A stretch of 64,000 nucleotides of DNA. Origin: Octopus vulgaris (Eukaryota). The stretch covers positions 28,334,001 through 28,398,000 of the forward strand of contig OX597835.1 of assembly GCA_951406725.2 (NCBI GenBank), read 5' to 3'. The position numbers and the translations under genes were made by a program. The notes beneath the pieces are model-generated. The model was not told the DNA's origin, made no database searches, and saw nothing but the letters and a program-made list of their open reading frames with translations. Below are positions 1-12,487 of this stretch, in pieces (position 1 is the first letter of the stretch; each line of letters begins with the position of its first letter).

Positions 1-129
1 GAAATACCGGTAAGCATTTCGCCGGCGTGCTAACATTTCTTATTTCTTTACTGCCCACAAGGGGCTACACACAGAGGGGACAAACAAGGACAGAAAAAGG
101 GATTAAGTCGATTATATTTATCCCAGTAT

Positions 130-458
130 GTTAGTTAGTTAGTTAGTTAATTCTTTGGCTCAAAAAGCAAAAAGCAAGGCCATGTAGGGGGACATGGAGT
201 TATGTACAGAGTGGTGTTCATGTAAAGAGTTCAGGCCACTTGTGGTCAAGGGAGACTTTGAACCGAGCGGTCGTCGGCATCTTCACCATCTCGTCTGGCA
301 GCTTATTCCACGGATCCGCAACCCGAACGGAGAAAGCCCCTCTCCTTCGATTGAGATGAAATCGTCGCAGATAGAGCTTTTCGGAATGACCCCGCAGCCG
401 ACGCTCTGGAGCAGGAGTGAAGAACAGCTCTTTCGAGAGGTTACACTTTCCGCTTATG
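130..458 (-). mobile_element. CR1-clade LINE, 3' fragment (ORF2 C-terminus, 3'UTR, (TAAC)n tail)
   Basis: Minus-strand translation ...LRGHSEKLYLRRFHLNRRRGAFSVRVADPWNKLP... fits the CR1 C-terminal RGH-KL / FS-RV-WN-LP pattern; (GTTA)n tail at ~130-148. Confidence 0.75.
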
Positions 459-954
459 TGTGTAACTGGTACTTATTTAATCGACCCCGAAAGGATGAAA
501 GGCAAAGTCGACCTCGGCGGAATTTGAACTTAGAACGTAGCGGCAGAAAGAGGTCTATGTTTATGATCGTTTGTTGTGGTGGGAGCACTAAGAATTTGGT
601 CTGGGTGTCAAGGGGACAGCAGCCCGAAAATGTTTGGGAACCACTGTCATAAAGGAATTCGGGGTAACTAAAGAAAGGAACAGAAAAATTCATTGACATG
701 ACACCAGGAAAATCATGCTTAAAAAAATACCGAAAATAACCTCAATGTGCCCTGAGGCGCATTTTACGAAGAACGCTATAATTATAAATTTTATAATTAA
801 AAGCATTCTTAATGAGCATTCACGCGTAATCATGTTTTTTTAAAATTTGTTCTGCCCAAGCGCTAATTGATATTACATAATCATCCAATCTATTAAGAAC
901 ATCATATCTGTTATCTACCTCAAGTGTGTGAGTGGAGTCTAGTGGATAACGAGT

Positions 955-1276
955 GAGGGCACGTGGCTTAGTGGTTAGGGCATTCGGCTCATGGTCGTGA
1001 CGTTGTGAGTTCGATTCCCGGCGACGCGTTGTGTCCTTGAGCAAGACACTTTATTTCACGTTGCTCCAGTCCACTCAGCTGGCAAAAATGAGTAGTATCT
1101 GTATTTCAAAGGGCCAGCCTTGTCACATTCTGTGTCACGCTGAATCTCCTTGCGAACTACGTTAAGGGTACACGTGTCTGTGGAGTGCTCAGCCACTTGC
1201 ACATTAATTTCACGAGCAAGCTGTTCTGTTGGTCGTATCAGCTGGGACCCTCGTCGCCGTAACCGACGGAGTGCTA
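955..1276 (+). mobile_element. tRNA-derived SINE (family C)
   Basis: A-box TGGCTTAGTGG and B-box GAGTTCGATTCC, followed by GTGTCCTTGAGCAAGACAC. Related pieces at ~27235-27360 and 40880-41590. Confidence 0.7.
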
Positions 1277-1563
1277 AAGAAAAAGAGTGGATAACGTGTA
1301 ACTATATCGAGGAAAACAGTTTCATAATAATAATAATAATAATCAAACTAATCATCATTTCTACTATAGGAGCAAGGCCTAAAATTTTGAAGGGAGGGGG
1401 CTAGTCAATTACATCGGACCCCAGTACTCAACTGGTATCTGACGTCGGAAGGATGAAGGGCAAAGTCAACCTCGGCGGAATTTGAACTCAGAATGTGAAG
1501 GCGGGCCAAATGCTGCTGAGCATTTTGCCCGGCGTGCTAACGATTCTGCCAGCTCGCTGCCTT

Positions 1564-1564
1564 A

Positions 1565-1661
<97 letters not shown>

Positions 1662-1672
1662 TAATAATAATA
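1564..1672. repeat. Compound (GAT)n-(AAT)n microsatellite
   Basis: Read directly from the sequence. Confidence 0.95.
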
Positions 1673-2240
1673 AATGCCCTGATGCAGTACCAGGCAGTGG
1701 CTCTCGTGGTTTCTGATCTTAACTGATTGGAAGTGTTATCATGTACATTGTTTTGTCTTGGTATAAAAGATGGGCTACAGCAAATATTCTGCTCAATACC
1801 ACAGATTTGCTTGTCAGTTGCTTGACCATAACCAGTTGAGCATGTCCCTTAGTGGCTGACGATATGTGCATCTCTGATCACGAGCAGAAGTAATAGAGGA
1901 GCATCATAGCCATGTGTTGAGAAGGATTCTTTGGGGTTTGAATAATTCGCCTCTGGAAACATGGGTGTTTCGTTCAACATCCTAAAACAACCCTTATTCA
2001 GGGACCTTTTGAGCTTGATGGGCTACTCGACCAGAAGAAAATTCTAACTGGGTCCCACCTGCAAGGTCATGCGCTGTTTATCTTGATATGAGATCACCAT
2101 GTCGCGCACATATGGTTGTGATACATGAGCCTGGTGTACTCTTATCAGACGGATAGTCATGATGGGAATACTGGGCTTCGTATATTTTACCCCCAGTGTC
2201 AGTTTGATGGCATGCACTGCTCTCTCATTCAATAATAATA
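1673..2240. mobile_element. Unclassified interspersed repeat flanked by (AAT)n; related partial copies near 21072-21260 and 30398-30742
   Basis: The block GCAAATATTC..CTCAATA.CACAGATTTGCTTGTCAG is shared with ~30583-30740, and the 30400-30580 block is shared with 21075-21260. Confidence 0.55.
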
Positions 2241-3573
2241 GATGCAGTAGCGACGATGATAATGGCAGTCGAATAAATTGCATCATTAGTACATCTGAGA
2301 AGGTAAAAAAGAAATGTATTTGCGAATTTAATCCCAGAGTTACCATTATTTAATGCGTTTCATCATTTCAGCTTTTAAATAAGATTTCTACTTTAGCGAC
2401 CGAACATCAAAGGAAAATTCGAAACGTAATTTCATTCGAAAATATTTCATTTGGAATGGAATCATTTTAACAGTTTCTGAAAGAGGTTTGAAAGCCTTGG
2501 CTTTTATTTGCTATTGTTATTGTTGTTGTCTTTGTAGTAAAAACCGAAGAATAGATCATCCAGGAGTTAATGTCTTCTAATTTATTTTCTATCTTTTACT
2601 TGTTTCAATCATTAGACTGCGGCTATGCCGAGGCACTGCCTTGAAGAATTTTAACCGAACGAAGCGACTCTAGTGCTTATTTTTAAAAGCCTGTCACTTA
2701 ACTAAACACACCAACACCATTTGTCAAGCGGTGATGATGGTGATGGACAAAAAAAAAAAAAAAATACACACACACACATACATACACAAATATAATGGAC
2801 TTCTTTTTATCAAATCTGATTAGGAGGCTTTGATCAGCCCGAGGCTACAGTAGAGTTAGACTGAATGCGGAAGCCATACCTGTGCCTATATTAATTATAT
2901 ATTTTCTCGCGCAATTTCAGCACAATATCTTCTTTGGTTTCCAACAGCCCAATCATTGGTTGGCAACCATTGCGATGACAAGTGCGACTAAGGAGTTTCT
3001 GTCTAACTCGCTCTTGAAAGAATATCACCAGCGCCTTTTTCTGCAAAGCACTGACGTTTAGTTGTGTCTTTCTCTTTTGAATAACCAAAAGTTGCATATA
3101 ATGCGTTTCTTTTCTTTGAAAAGGGTGAAAGCATTGCAGAACCATTTGCAAAGTGGATGCCTTCTACTTACCTTTAACTTGTGTTAGTCATTAGCCTACG
3201 GCCATGCTGGGGCACCGGTAATGTTGCTGTAAGCGAATCAACGGTTTTGGGGATGGTCGGTTACATTCAAACGAAGGGATTTCAGCTTAGAAGATGCAAA
3301 TGTGAACAAATTTTTTAGTAGCCACTCCAAGCAACAATTCTCATAATTAAGTGAGAAAAATATTCACTTAACGTAAACCGCTAACTAGGAAGACGAATAC
3401 GCCCCCAAACAAAAATTTCTCACAATTAAGTGAGAAAAAATATTCGCTCCATGCTGGTAGACCAGAATCCAGATGGACTAATGACTGAAACAAGTGAAAG
3501 ATAAAAAATAAATTAGAAGACATTAACTCCTGGATGATCTATTCTTCGGTTTTTACTGCAAAGACCTTCAGAG

Positions 3574-3856
3574 TTGGACGATCTTTTGAAGGTGAACATT
3601 GGAGCGAAGCCAAAATTCACAAGTGAGATTCCGGAAATGTTGAACGTTCCAGAAAGTACTGTTCATGAACGTTTATTGAAACTTGGATACATTTACCGCT
3701 GTGATGTATGGGTCCCTCATAACTTGCCAGAGAAAGACTGCATGGACCGGTATTGCATCTGTGACATGGCCTTAAAACTCAGTGAAACTGAATCTTTTAT
3801 CGAAACGATTGGTGAATTGGTGAGTGGAGATGCAAAAAGGATTGTCTACGCTTATT
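3574..3856 (+). mobile_element. mariner transposase fragment (pseudogene)
   Basis: WVPHNL motif (mariner WVPHEL) and a degenerate first catalytic D (VSGDAKRIVY); interrupted by a SINE. Confidence 0.85.
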
Positions 3857-4160
3857 TTTTTGTTCCTTCTCGAGCCATGCTTGGCTCATAAGGGCTGGTT
3901 TCCCGGTTTCTTGGCGTATAGGTTCCCCACCTGGATGGGACGCCGGTCCGTCGCAGATAAGCTGCAAGATGCAGGAGGAAAGAGTGAGAGAAAGTTGTGG
4001 CGAAAGAGTCAGCAGAAGTTCGCCATTACCTTCTGCCGGAGCCGCGTGGAGCTTAGGTGTTTTTGCTCATAAACACACAAAATCGCCCGGTCTGAGATTC
4101 GAACCCGCGACCCCTCGACCGTGAGTCCACTGCTCTAACCACGAGGCCATGTGCCTCCAC
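3857..4160 (-). mobile_element. tRNA-derived SINE with V-domain-like 3' part, inserted in the mariner fragment
   Basis: 13-bp TSD GT(C/T)TACGCTTATT at 3844-3856 and 4161-4173. A/B boxes on the minus strand; GACCGGCGTCCCATCCAG motif. Related copies at 9002-9305 and 45188-45390. Confidence 0.8.
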
Positions 4161-4539
4161 GTTTACGCTTATTACGTAATGCAAAGATGATCCCGGGGTT
4201 TGCATGAGAATCTACTAAAATTACTACCAAAGCGAAATATACAAAAACAAATGATGGATTTTAGTCGAACAAATCGACTCCACGACATTTTTTAAAAGCC
4301 TAGTATTTATTCGATCGGTCTCTTTGGCCGAGCCGCTATGTGATCGGGACATTAAACACACGCAGACCGGTTGTAAAGCGGTGGTGGTTGTGAGGAACGA
4401 ATGCAGACACAAACACACACACACGCACATAGATATAAAAGAAAGTCCTCGGGAACCTCGGCCCCTACATCTACGGGACGAAGCGTTGCAAGTTATGCAG
4501 AGTTGAATGCGCGAGAATCCTAAAAGGCTCATTCGAACC

Positions 4540-4719
4540 AGGAAACATCCTTAACTCCAGAACGGATATTTTCGGGTCATGTTTACATCTCAGAAGGTTC
4601 CTGCTAGCTTTTTGGAGTCCACAAGATGGCAGCACAGCCGGAAGTCTGACCTTCCCGAGCGTTAAACTAATACATCTGTTTGTTCTATACACACCCGTCT
4701 TCGTCTTTTGTTTTGTTTG

Positions 4720-4766
<47 letters not shown>

Positions 4767-4995
4767 ATATATATAGTTAGAATATATGTATATAGTTGGA
4801 ATTTACAAAAAAACAAACAAACAAAACAAAAGACAAAGACGGGTGTGTATAGAACAAACAGATGCATTAGTTTAACGCTCGGGAAGGTGAGAAAGTCGTT
4901 TACGTTTCGAGCCTACGCTCTTCGACAGATAGGAACACGAGAAAATAAAGAGAGAGAATAAAAAAGAGGTTTAGTGGCTAGCCATCAATCATGGC
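4540..4995 (-). mobile_element. Penelope-like terminal-repeat remnant with internal inverted repeat and hammerhead-like core
   Basis: Inverted arms 4649-4724 / ~4807-4888 around (TA)n; minus strand CTGTCGA-A-GAGC-GTAG-GCTC-GAAACGT at 4901-4928. Confidence 0.55.
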
Positions 4996-5009
4996 ATAAG
5001 CGAGCCGTG

Positions 5010-5074
<65 letters not shown>

Positions 5075-5752
5075 ATACACAGACAGCTCGCTTACGCACA
5101 AAAGCCCTTGTACATAATTCGATGAATCTGAGATTTAGCAAAATGTTACAAAACCATAATGAAAATTTTCAAAAAAAAAAAAGATAACTAGGCGTGGTAG
5201 TGTGGGATTTTTTGTTTTGCGAGAATATTTATTATTTTGTACAAACAGGAAGTCCATCTGGATTCTGAATTCTGGTCTACCAGGATGGAGCGAATATTTT
5301 TTCTCACTTAATTGTGAGAATTTTTTGTTTGGGAGCGTATTCTTCTTCCTTGTTAGTGGTTTACGTAAGGTGAATATTTTTCTCACTTAATTATGAGAAT
5401 TGATGTTTGGAGGAGTATCGTGCCTACTAAAAAATTTGTTGCTGTTTGGGGGAGTGTCTTTGCCTCCGAAGATTGAACGATTTGTATACCAGTTTTTGTG
5501 GAAGTTGTGTTCCAGTTGTGGCGTTCAGGGTTCAACCTAGGCCGGGAGTACCGAATGGCCGGAAGATTTTTTTTGCTGTGTTTCTGAACTATTGACTTTC
5601 TTTCTTCTAAACTTTATTTGACTTTCTTTTTACGTGAATTGTTTTCCTTTTCTTCTTTCCATTTTATTGTGACTTTCTTTTGATTTCTTTTTTCTTCTCT
5701 CTTTTTTAAGTTTTATTTTGAACTATTTTCGAACTGTTAAAAAAAAGGAAAC

Positions 5753-6780
5753 ATGGCAATGAAAAATACAATGTTTTGAAGTGAGAGATTGTACCGCCCC
5801 AAAAGTGATTGAAATACCGTGAAGATAGGACAGTGGTGTTGAGGACCTACTCCGAGTCCCTCGACACCATCGCCCTATTCGAAAAGACTGCAATTGAAGA
5901 GGAGTTGGCAGAGTATTTGCCAACAAATAAATTCATTTCCAGGGGTGTCAAATACGCAACGGTGTATTGACACCCCCGAAACGCTCTTGGAGGGCGAGGA
6001 AATTTTGTTTCTTCCCACCTATTGTGGGATGAGGTTGACAAGGGATTGGGTCTGCGAGTTGCCACCCGGGATAAAACCCGAGTGGATAGAGGAGACTATC
6101 CGCCGGGGTCTGAGTGGCAGCGGAGCCAAGCTCCTTAATGCGAAAGTTTTCCCTGCGGCTGATTGGCTTGGGTCAAAAGCTGTTTTGACCCTTTGGACCC
6201 AATCAGCTAATCTGGTTTTTCCAGATTTTTTGAAAATGTACGGGTGCAGGTACCCGGTGATTCTTGAGGGTCGCCTCTCCTCCCCACCAGATGTCATCAG
6301 TGTCTGTAGTCTGGTCATATAAAGAAAAACTGTCCCCAGGAACAAAATAAGGTCCTGGAGCAGTTGAGTGAGACCTCTGTAGAAGAGGGAATGAAGGCAG
6401 CCGAGGAGGCAGAGGATTCCTCAAACAGGGACCGCAAGAGGAAGAAGGTGAGCAACAATGGGTGCTCACCGAAGGATCCTACGGATGAGGAAGGGGAGGC
6501 GAATCTCCCGATCACGGAGGAGACGTACCTTCACTCAGTTGAAAAGAAAAAAAAGAGGAAGAGAAACTGGACATTGCCGGCAGTCGGTGACATAGTACCG
6601 GAATGTCCCGGAACTACGTCGGTTGGGGTTGTGCCACCGGCAGGAGAAGAGACACCGTTGGCGGGAACTGTGCCGCCAACGGTAGAATTGGATATCCCGC
6701 CCCTGGAGGAAGACGAATTATTGATCTCCTTCTATAAAGACGGAGAGGTTGAAAAGGTGATGGAAAAGTACCGTAAGTGA
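5753..6780 (+). pseudogene. Decayed gag-like ORF1 of a Tx1/L1-type non-LTR retroelement (element approx. 5135-7260)
   Basis: ORF 5894-6322 frameshifts into a CCHC knuckle C-H-Q-C-L-*-S-G-H-I-K-K-N-C (6292-6333), in frame with the basic/acidic ORF 6364-6780. AATAAA near 7175. No RT recognised. Confidence 0.65.
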
Positions 6781-7654
6781 GCACCTTTAAGCCTTCACAC
6801 AGGATCCTGAATGGCCTCCGCAGATAGCTGTGGAGGTCATAATGTTGGACGTGACGTTTAGGCTGGAGGGACTCAATGAGAAATATCGCTTGTACCCGGG
6901 CGACGCCGACACGGAACCCGCTTTGATCTTGAATGAGGCGTGGGGGGTGGAGGCAGATGCTGGCACAAGCGATGTTGAGGGTGAGTTATAAATTGTGACA
7001 CTGTGTAATACTAATATTTGATAATAGGCACTTCGCCTTCTTCTGTCTGAACTTCCGGCTGTCAACGCGGTCTGCTCTGCAGGCGGCTAGATATTTGAAT
7101 GGGGGTTCTGAAGGGGGAGGAAGGGAAAAGTGATATCGTATTTTTTATGTTTGATCGACTTTTTGATTTTTATATAATAAAAGAACCCTGTGATTTCGAA
7201 GGGGGCTCGGCCTGCGGGCGCCGATAACCCTTCCCATTTACACCATTCGTATTTGTCATTTTCATCTCATTGATGTATATACCCAACCCACATTGCTTCT
7301 CTGTAAGGTCTTCATGGCCAATGTGATAAAATAAAGAAGTTAGCTTCCTAACCACATGGTTCTGAGTTCAATCGCACTGCGTGGCACCTTGGGCAAATAT
7401 CTTCTATTAAAGCTACAGGTCGACTAAAAGCCTTGTGAATGGATTTAGTAGACGGACCTCAAAGAAGCGCGTCGTATACATACATACATACATACATACA
7501 TACACACACACATATATGTGTGTGTGTGTTTGTGTCATTACATTTATGGTTGTCCACTTGACAACCGCTGTTAGTTCATTTACACCCTTGCAACTTAGCG
7601 GTTTATCAACAGTGACTGACAGAATACGTACGAGGCTTTAATATATATATATTC

Positions 7655-8010
7655 TTTTTTCTTTTAATCGACAAATCGACCCCAGGGCTTATTCTTTGTA
7701 AGCCTAGTACTTATTCTATCGGTCTCTTTTGCCGAACCGCTAAGTTACGAGGAAGTAAACACACCAGCATCGGTTGTCAAGCGATGTTGGGGGTGGGACA
7801 AACACAGATACACAAACATATACACACACATATATATATATACACATACATACGACGGGCTTCTTTCAGTTTCCGTTTACCAAATCCACTCACAAGGCTT
7901 TGGTCGGCCCGAGGCTATAGTAGAAAACACTTGCCCAAGGTGCAACGCAGTGGGATTGAACCCGGAAGCATGTGGTTGGTAAGCAAGCTACTTATAACAC
8001 AGCCACTCCT
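7655..8010 (-). mobile_element. CORE-type tRNA SINE (family B)
   Basis: Reverse complement of the full copy at 25538-25980. Confidence 0.85.
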
Positions 8011-9001
8011 AACTTTTATTAGTTAATTAAGAGCATTTCTTAACAAATGCATACTAAAAGCAATTCACTTGTCTAACAATCTGATTACTCTCTCCAGAAA
8101 AAAACGGCGCCGGTGGAGACGGAGACGCCCGCGGATGTGGTTGTAGAGGGCGTTGTTTTTATAACAAGACTGCAATACAGAAGACATTGGTAGTGATGCA
8201 CTTTAACTCCTGTACGATAAAATTTATGGTCTTTTACTTTGCAATAAGGAAGGTGTTTGTAATTAATGCACTTCTCACCTGTATTGTTAACCTGTATTGC
8301 GTCTTAAATTTATTGCTCAATATTTCACAGGAGTACAAAAATTATTTACGCTATCATGAAAACGACCGTCATAAAGAAAGCAATATATTTGCTTCATGTT
8401 TTGGCACAAGGCCAGCAATTGCGGGGCTGAGGGCAATTTCGATTACATCGATCCCTGGTGTTCGATTGGTACTTATTTTATCGATTCAGAAAAGATGAAA
8501 GGCAAAGCCAGGGCTTGAACTCAGAACACAACGATGGAAGAAATGCCGCTAAGCATTTTGCGCGGCGTGCTAAGGATTCGAATCTGGGGCCTAGTCGATT
8601 ACATCGACACCAGTGTTTCACTGGTACTTAATTTATCGGCCCCAAAAGGATGAAAGGCAAAGTCGATCTCGGCGGAAATTGAACTCAGAACGTCAAGTCG
8701 GAAGAAATACCTATTTCTTTGCTGCCCACAAGAAGCTAAACACAGAGGGGACAAACAAGGACAGACAGACGGATTAAGTTGATTACATCGACCCCAGTGC
8801 GTAACTGGTACTTATTTAATCGACCCCAAAAAGATGAAAGGCAAAGTCGACCTCGGCGGAATTTGAACTCGGAACGTAGCGGCAGACGAAATACGGCTAC
8901 GCATTTCGCCCGGCGTGCTAACGTTTCTGCCAGCTCGCAGCCTTTCATCCAGCTTGCTAATGATTTTGTCAGCTTTAATAATCCTTTCTATTATAGGCAC
9001 T

Positions 9002-9305
9002 GAGGCGCAATGGCCCAGTGGTTAGGGCAGCGGACTCGCAGTCGGAGGATCACGGTTTCGATTCCCAGACCGGATGTTGTGTATGTTTATTGAGTGAAAA
9101 CACCTAAAAGCTCCACGAGGCTCCGGCAGGGGGTGGTGGCAACCTCTGTTGTACTCTTTCGCCCCAACTTTCTCTCACTCTCTCTTCCTGTTCCTTGAGT
9201 AACACTGCGATAGACCGGCGTCCCGTCCAGCTGGGGGGAACTCATACGCCACAGAAACCGGGAAACCGGGTCCATGAACCCGGATAGGCTTGAAAAGGGC
9301 GCATA
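9002..9305 (+). mobile_element. tRNA(Arg)-like SINE with V-domain-like motif
   Basis: TGGCCCAGTGG A-box, CTCGCA anticodon-like loop, GGTTTCGATTCC B-box, CTGCGATAGACCGGCGTCCCGTCCAG. Confidence 0.75.
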
Positions 9306-9506
9306 ATTAAAATGAAAATTATAGGCACAAAGCCTGAATTTTTTTTGATGGGGACTAGTCGATTATATAGACTCCAGCCATCAACTGGAACTTATTCTAT
9401 CGACCCCGAAAGAATGATAGGCAAAGTCAGCCCCGATGATATTTGAACAAAAAATGCTACTAAGCATTTTGTCCGGCGTGCCAACGATTCTGCCAGCTCG
9501 CCGCAC

Positions 9507-9555
<49 letters not shown>

Positions 9556-9799
9556 TTCAACTGGAGGCACAAGGCCTCAAATTTGTAGAGAAGAGACTAG
9601 TCGATTACATAGACCCCAGTGTTTCACTGGTACTTAATTCATCGACCCTGAAAGGATAAAAGGCAAAGTCGACCTCGGCGGAATTTGAACTCAGAACTTA
9701 AAGTCGGAAGAAATGCTGCTAAGCATTTTGTCCGGCGCGGTAACGATTCTGCCAGCTCCCTGCGTTTAGAAGAGATACTTTTGATATTTTAGTTGGGGG

Positions 9800-11090
9800 C
9801 TCAAATTCCACCAAGATCGACTTTGCCTTTCGCCCTTTAGTCATCTATAGAATAAATACCAGTCGAACTTCTGCCAAAATTTGAAGTCAATATTTTAGTC
9901 GGGGCAAAAGAAACGGTGGTTTGAGAGAGTAGTAAGAGCGTCGGTCGAAATGCCTTGCCACGTTGATTCAGGCTATTTACATTCTGAGTTCAAAATCCTA
10001 CCGCGATCAAGTTGTCTTTCATCTTTTCTTGATCGATAAAGCAAAGAATCCGTAATCCCCTTAACATTACTGGTGTTGTACCTAATTTAAGAAAACCAGG
10101 TACAAGCTGGTTAGAGTAACGAGCAAAATGCCCTGTACTGAATCCGGCTCTTTACATTCTGAGTTCAAATCCCACCGGAGTTAGCTCTCTCCTTTAACCT
10201 TTTCAAAGTCGATCAAATAAAGTACCAGTCAAATATTTAGGTCGTTGTTGTCGACTAGGCCCCTCCCCTTAAAGTTGTTGACCGTGTGCCTAAATTAAGA
10301 ATCCATTATTTTGAAGCAGCGAAACTGGTAGTCATTAGTAGTCATATCGCTTGCGTGGTTGATTCTAGCACTTTGCGTTCAGAGTTCAAATACCACCGAA
10401 ATTACCTTTGCTCCTCGTCCTTCTGGGGTCGATAGAATAAAGTAGTAGTCAAGTACTGGACAAAAAGCATCACCTTAAAATTGCACGCCTTATGCTTAAT
10501 TTAAGGAAGCATTATCTTAAGACAACAAACTGGCAGAATCATTTGACGTAGGTTTAAGTGTCTCGAGAACCACAGAACTCAGAGGTTAATCCGATTTTCA
10601 TAGAATACAAGTGACTGAGATTACAACACGTCCTCGTGGATGGGACACCAATCTATCGCAGGATATCTTCCCAGTTTATGCTGAAACTTATTTTCAACCA
10701 AGTCGATTGGTGGAACATGAAAAGAAGTGTTTTTTGCTCAAGAGCACAACGTAACTCATCACCAGGTGCGATATCGAAACCACGAGCTCACGCTAATGGA
10801 TAGCGTAGCAGCCTAACTACTAAACCACACGCCTTCATCGTTAGGACGTCGGACAAAATGACTTGTGGTATTGGCTCTAGCTCTTTAAGTTCCCATTTCA
10901 AATACAGCTGACGTCAAGTTCGGCTTTCATTCTTTCGAGGTTGGAATAAAGTACCAGTTATGTACTGTGGTCGATGGCATCGAATAAACGTCTGCCCCTT
11001 AAAGAAACTGTCATGGAGCCTAAATTACACGCCATTAATTTAAGGCGGCGAACTGGAAGAATCGTTGGAGTGTCGGACAAATTGCCTTGT
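9800..11090 (+). repeat. Head-to-tail array of about six diverged family-A SINE units (~180-220 bp)
   Basis: A degenerate TTCTGAGTTCAAAT...TTTCATC...GATAAA..AGTACCAG motif recurs at ~9803, 9981, 10158, 10378 and 10890, with a head at 11044. Confidence 0.7.
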
Positions 11091-11871
11091 GTCCCATTGA
11101 AGATTTGGAATTTATTTTCATCAGTCACGTACTCCGTAGCAAACTTGTAGAAAAAAGTATCTCTTTCTTCCCTGTCTGTCTGTCTCTCTTTCTTTCTTTC
11201 TCTCTCTCTCTCTCTCTCTCTGTCCGATTGTCACCCTTTCAATTTTAAGGTCTTGAGTATTTTCTTTGTTTCAAACACTGCAATCATCTGGTATACGCAA
11301 TCGAGGCAGTATTTAATTAAAAACAGCCATCTATCTATGATACATAATATATAACACAGTTGATTGACAAATTGATGCGGTGTCTGTCCTGAGATAACAT
11401 CTCTTATAGATTTGCTTCGTTAATAACACAATAAATATCAGACACAGAGCAAAATTCGTTTCAGCAGCGTACACTGGATTTTGAATCATCCGGGCTGCTC
11501 TTCGCAACCTCAGTGGATGTTTTACTCATTTGTTTTTACCTATATCAGAAACTCTTGTCCGAGCATGTGGCTGGTTGCGAGTACACGCTATTTGAAAGGG
11601 CCCACAAAGTCAAAATGCTTCTGGCGCTCTCGTAGGCAGTTGCTGGGACGAATTTTCGCCTTATTATAATATTGGGTTTTTAACAGCAAGTTCATAAAAC
11701 ATGTTATCTTAGGACAAATAGTACAATAACTGTCCTATCGAAAGTGCGTATACATTAGGTATGATACGTAGATGGCTATTGTAATAATTATGAAGCTGCA
11801 TTCCTTCTTCAAGAAGCCAAGTTTAACTATACCTTTTGGTTCATGTGGGTTTTAACCTGAATCTGCTTGAG

Positions 11872-12160
11872 CAGTGGTTCTCAACAAGGGTCCACATGAC
11901 CCTTAGGGGTCTGTATAAGATTTTGTTGCTAAAATTTATGTACATTAAACTGGTTACTCTTCTACAATGCACAAAATAGTTTAACAATTTTTTTAATACA
12001 ATTCCCAATAATATTTAATCATAAAAATAGAATATGGTTTTTTAAACATCAAATGTCTATGAGGGTCCAGTAGAGTAAATTAAGGATCAAAGGGATCCAT
12101 TCCTTAAAAAGGGAATCGAAAGGATCCATTCCTAAAAAACGGAGGATAATGACATGCACT
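11872..12160. mobile_element. hAT (Charlie-like) MITE, degenerate
   Basis: Left TIR CAGTGGTTCTCAAC; right end decayed. A similar terminus (GTTTGGGAACCACTG) lies near 632-646. Confidence 0.5.
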
Positions 12161-12169
12161 GGTTTTGTT

Positions 12170-12470
12170 ATTGCAACCGGTCTGCTTCGTGTCGTTCTTT
12201 TCTATCCTTTAGAGTTGATCTCAACTTGTTCAAAAGGAAAGGTGTCCATGATTCTAAGATTGCCTGTTTTCCGTTGAGTAGTCCCTGATGAATACTGTCA
12301 AATCCTGGGTCTGGAACCTCTGCAGGTGTTTGCAGAATGAAGTATTTGAGCGCATCTTCCTTGATACAAATGCGCAGTATTGTGGTGGTGCTCCCACTGC
12401 AGGATGCACGACATTTACTGTAGAACACATCGTATGCCACGGAGGCCCACGAGCACATTTTAAAGTTGTG
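12170..12470 (-). mobile_element. Penelope-like element, GIY-YIG endonuclease remnant
   Basis: Minus frame YSKCRASCSGSTTTILRICIKED...ILES..PFLLN resembles the degenerate C-x2-C-x3-YIG-x-T..L..R..EH..LES..P.LN pattern. Confidence 0.45.
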
Positions 12471-12487
12471 TATGTATGTATGTATGT

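Noticed and set aside
9002-9075. tRNA genes at SINE heads (also 955, 4090-4160, 45188)
   Set aside because: A/B boxes run directly into SINE bodies with no clean acceptor stem or oligo-T terminator.
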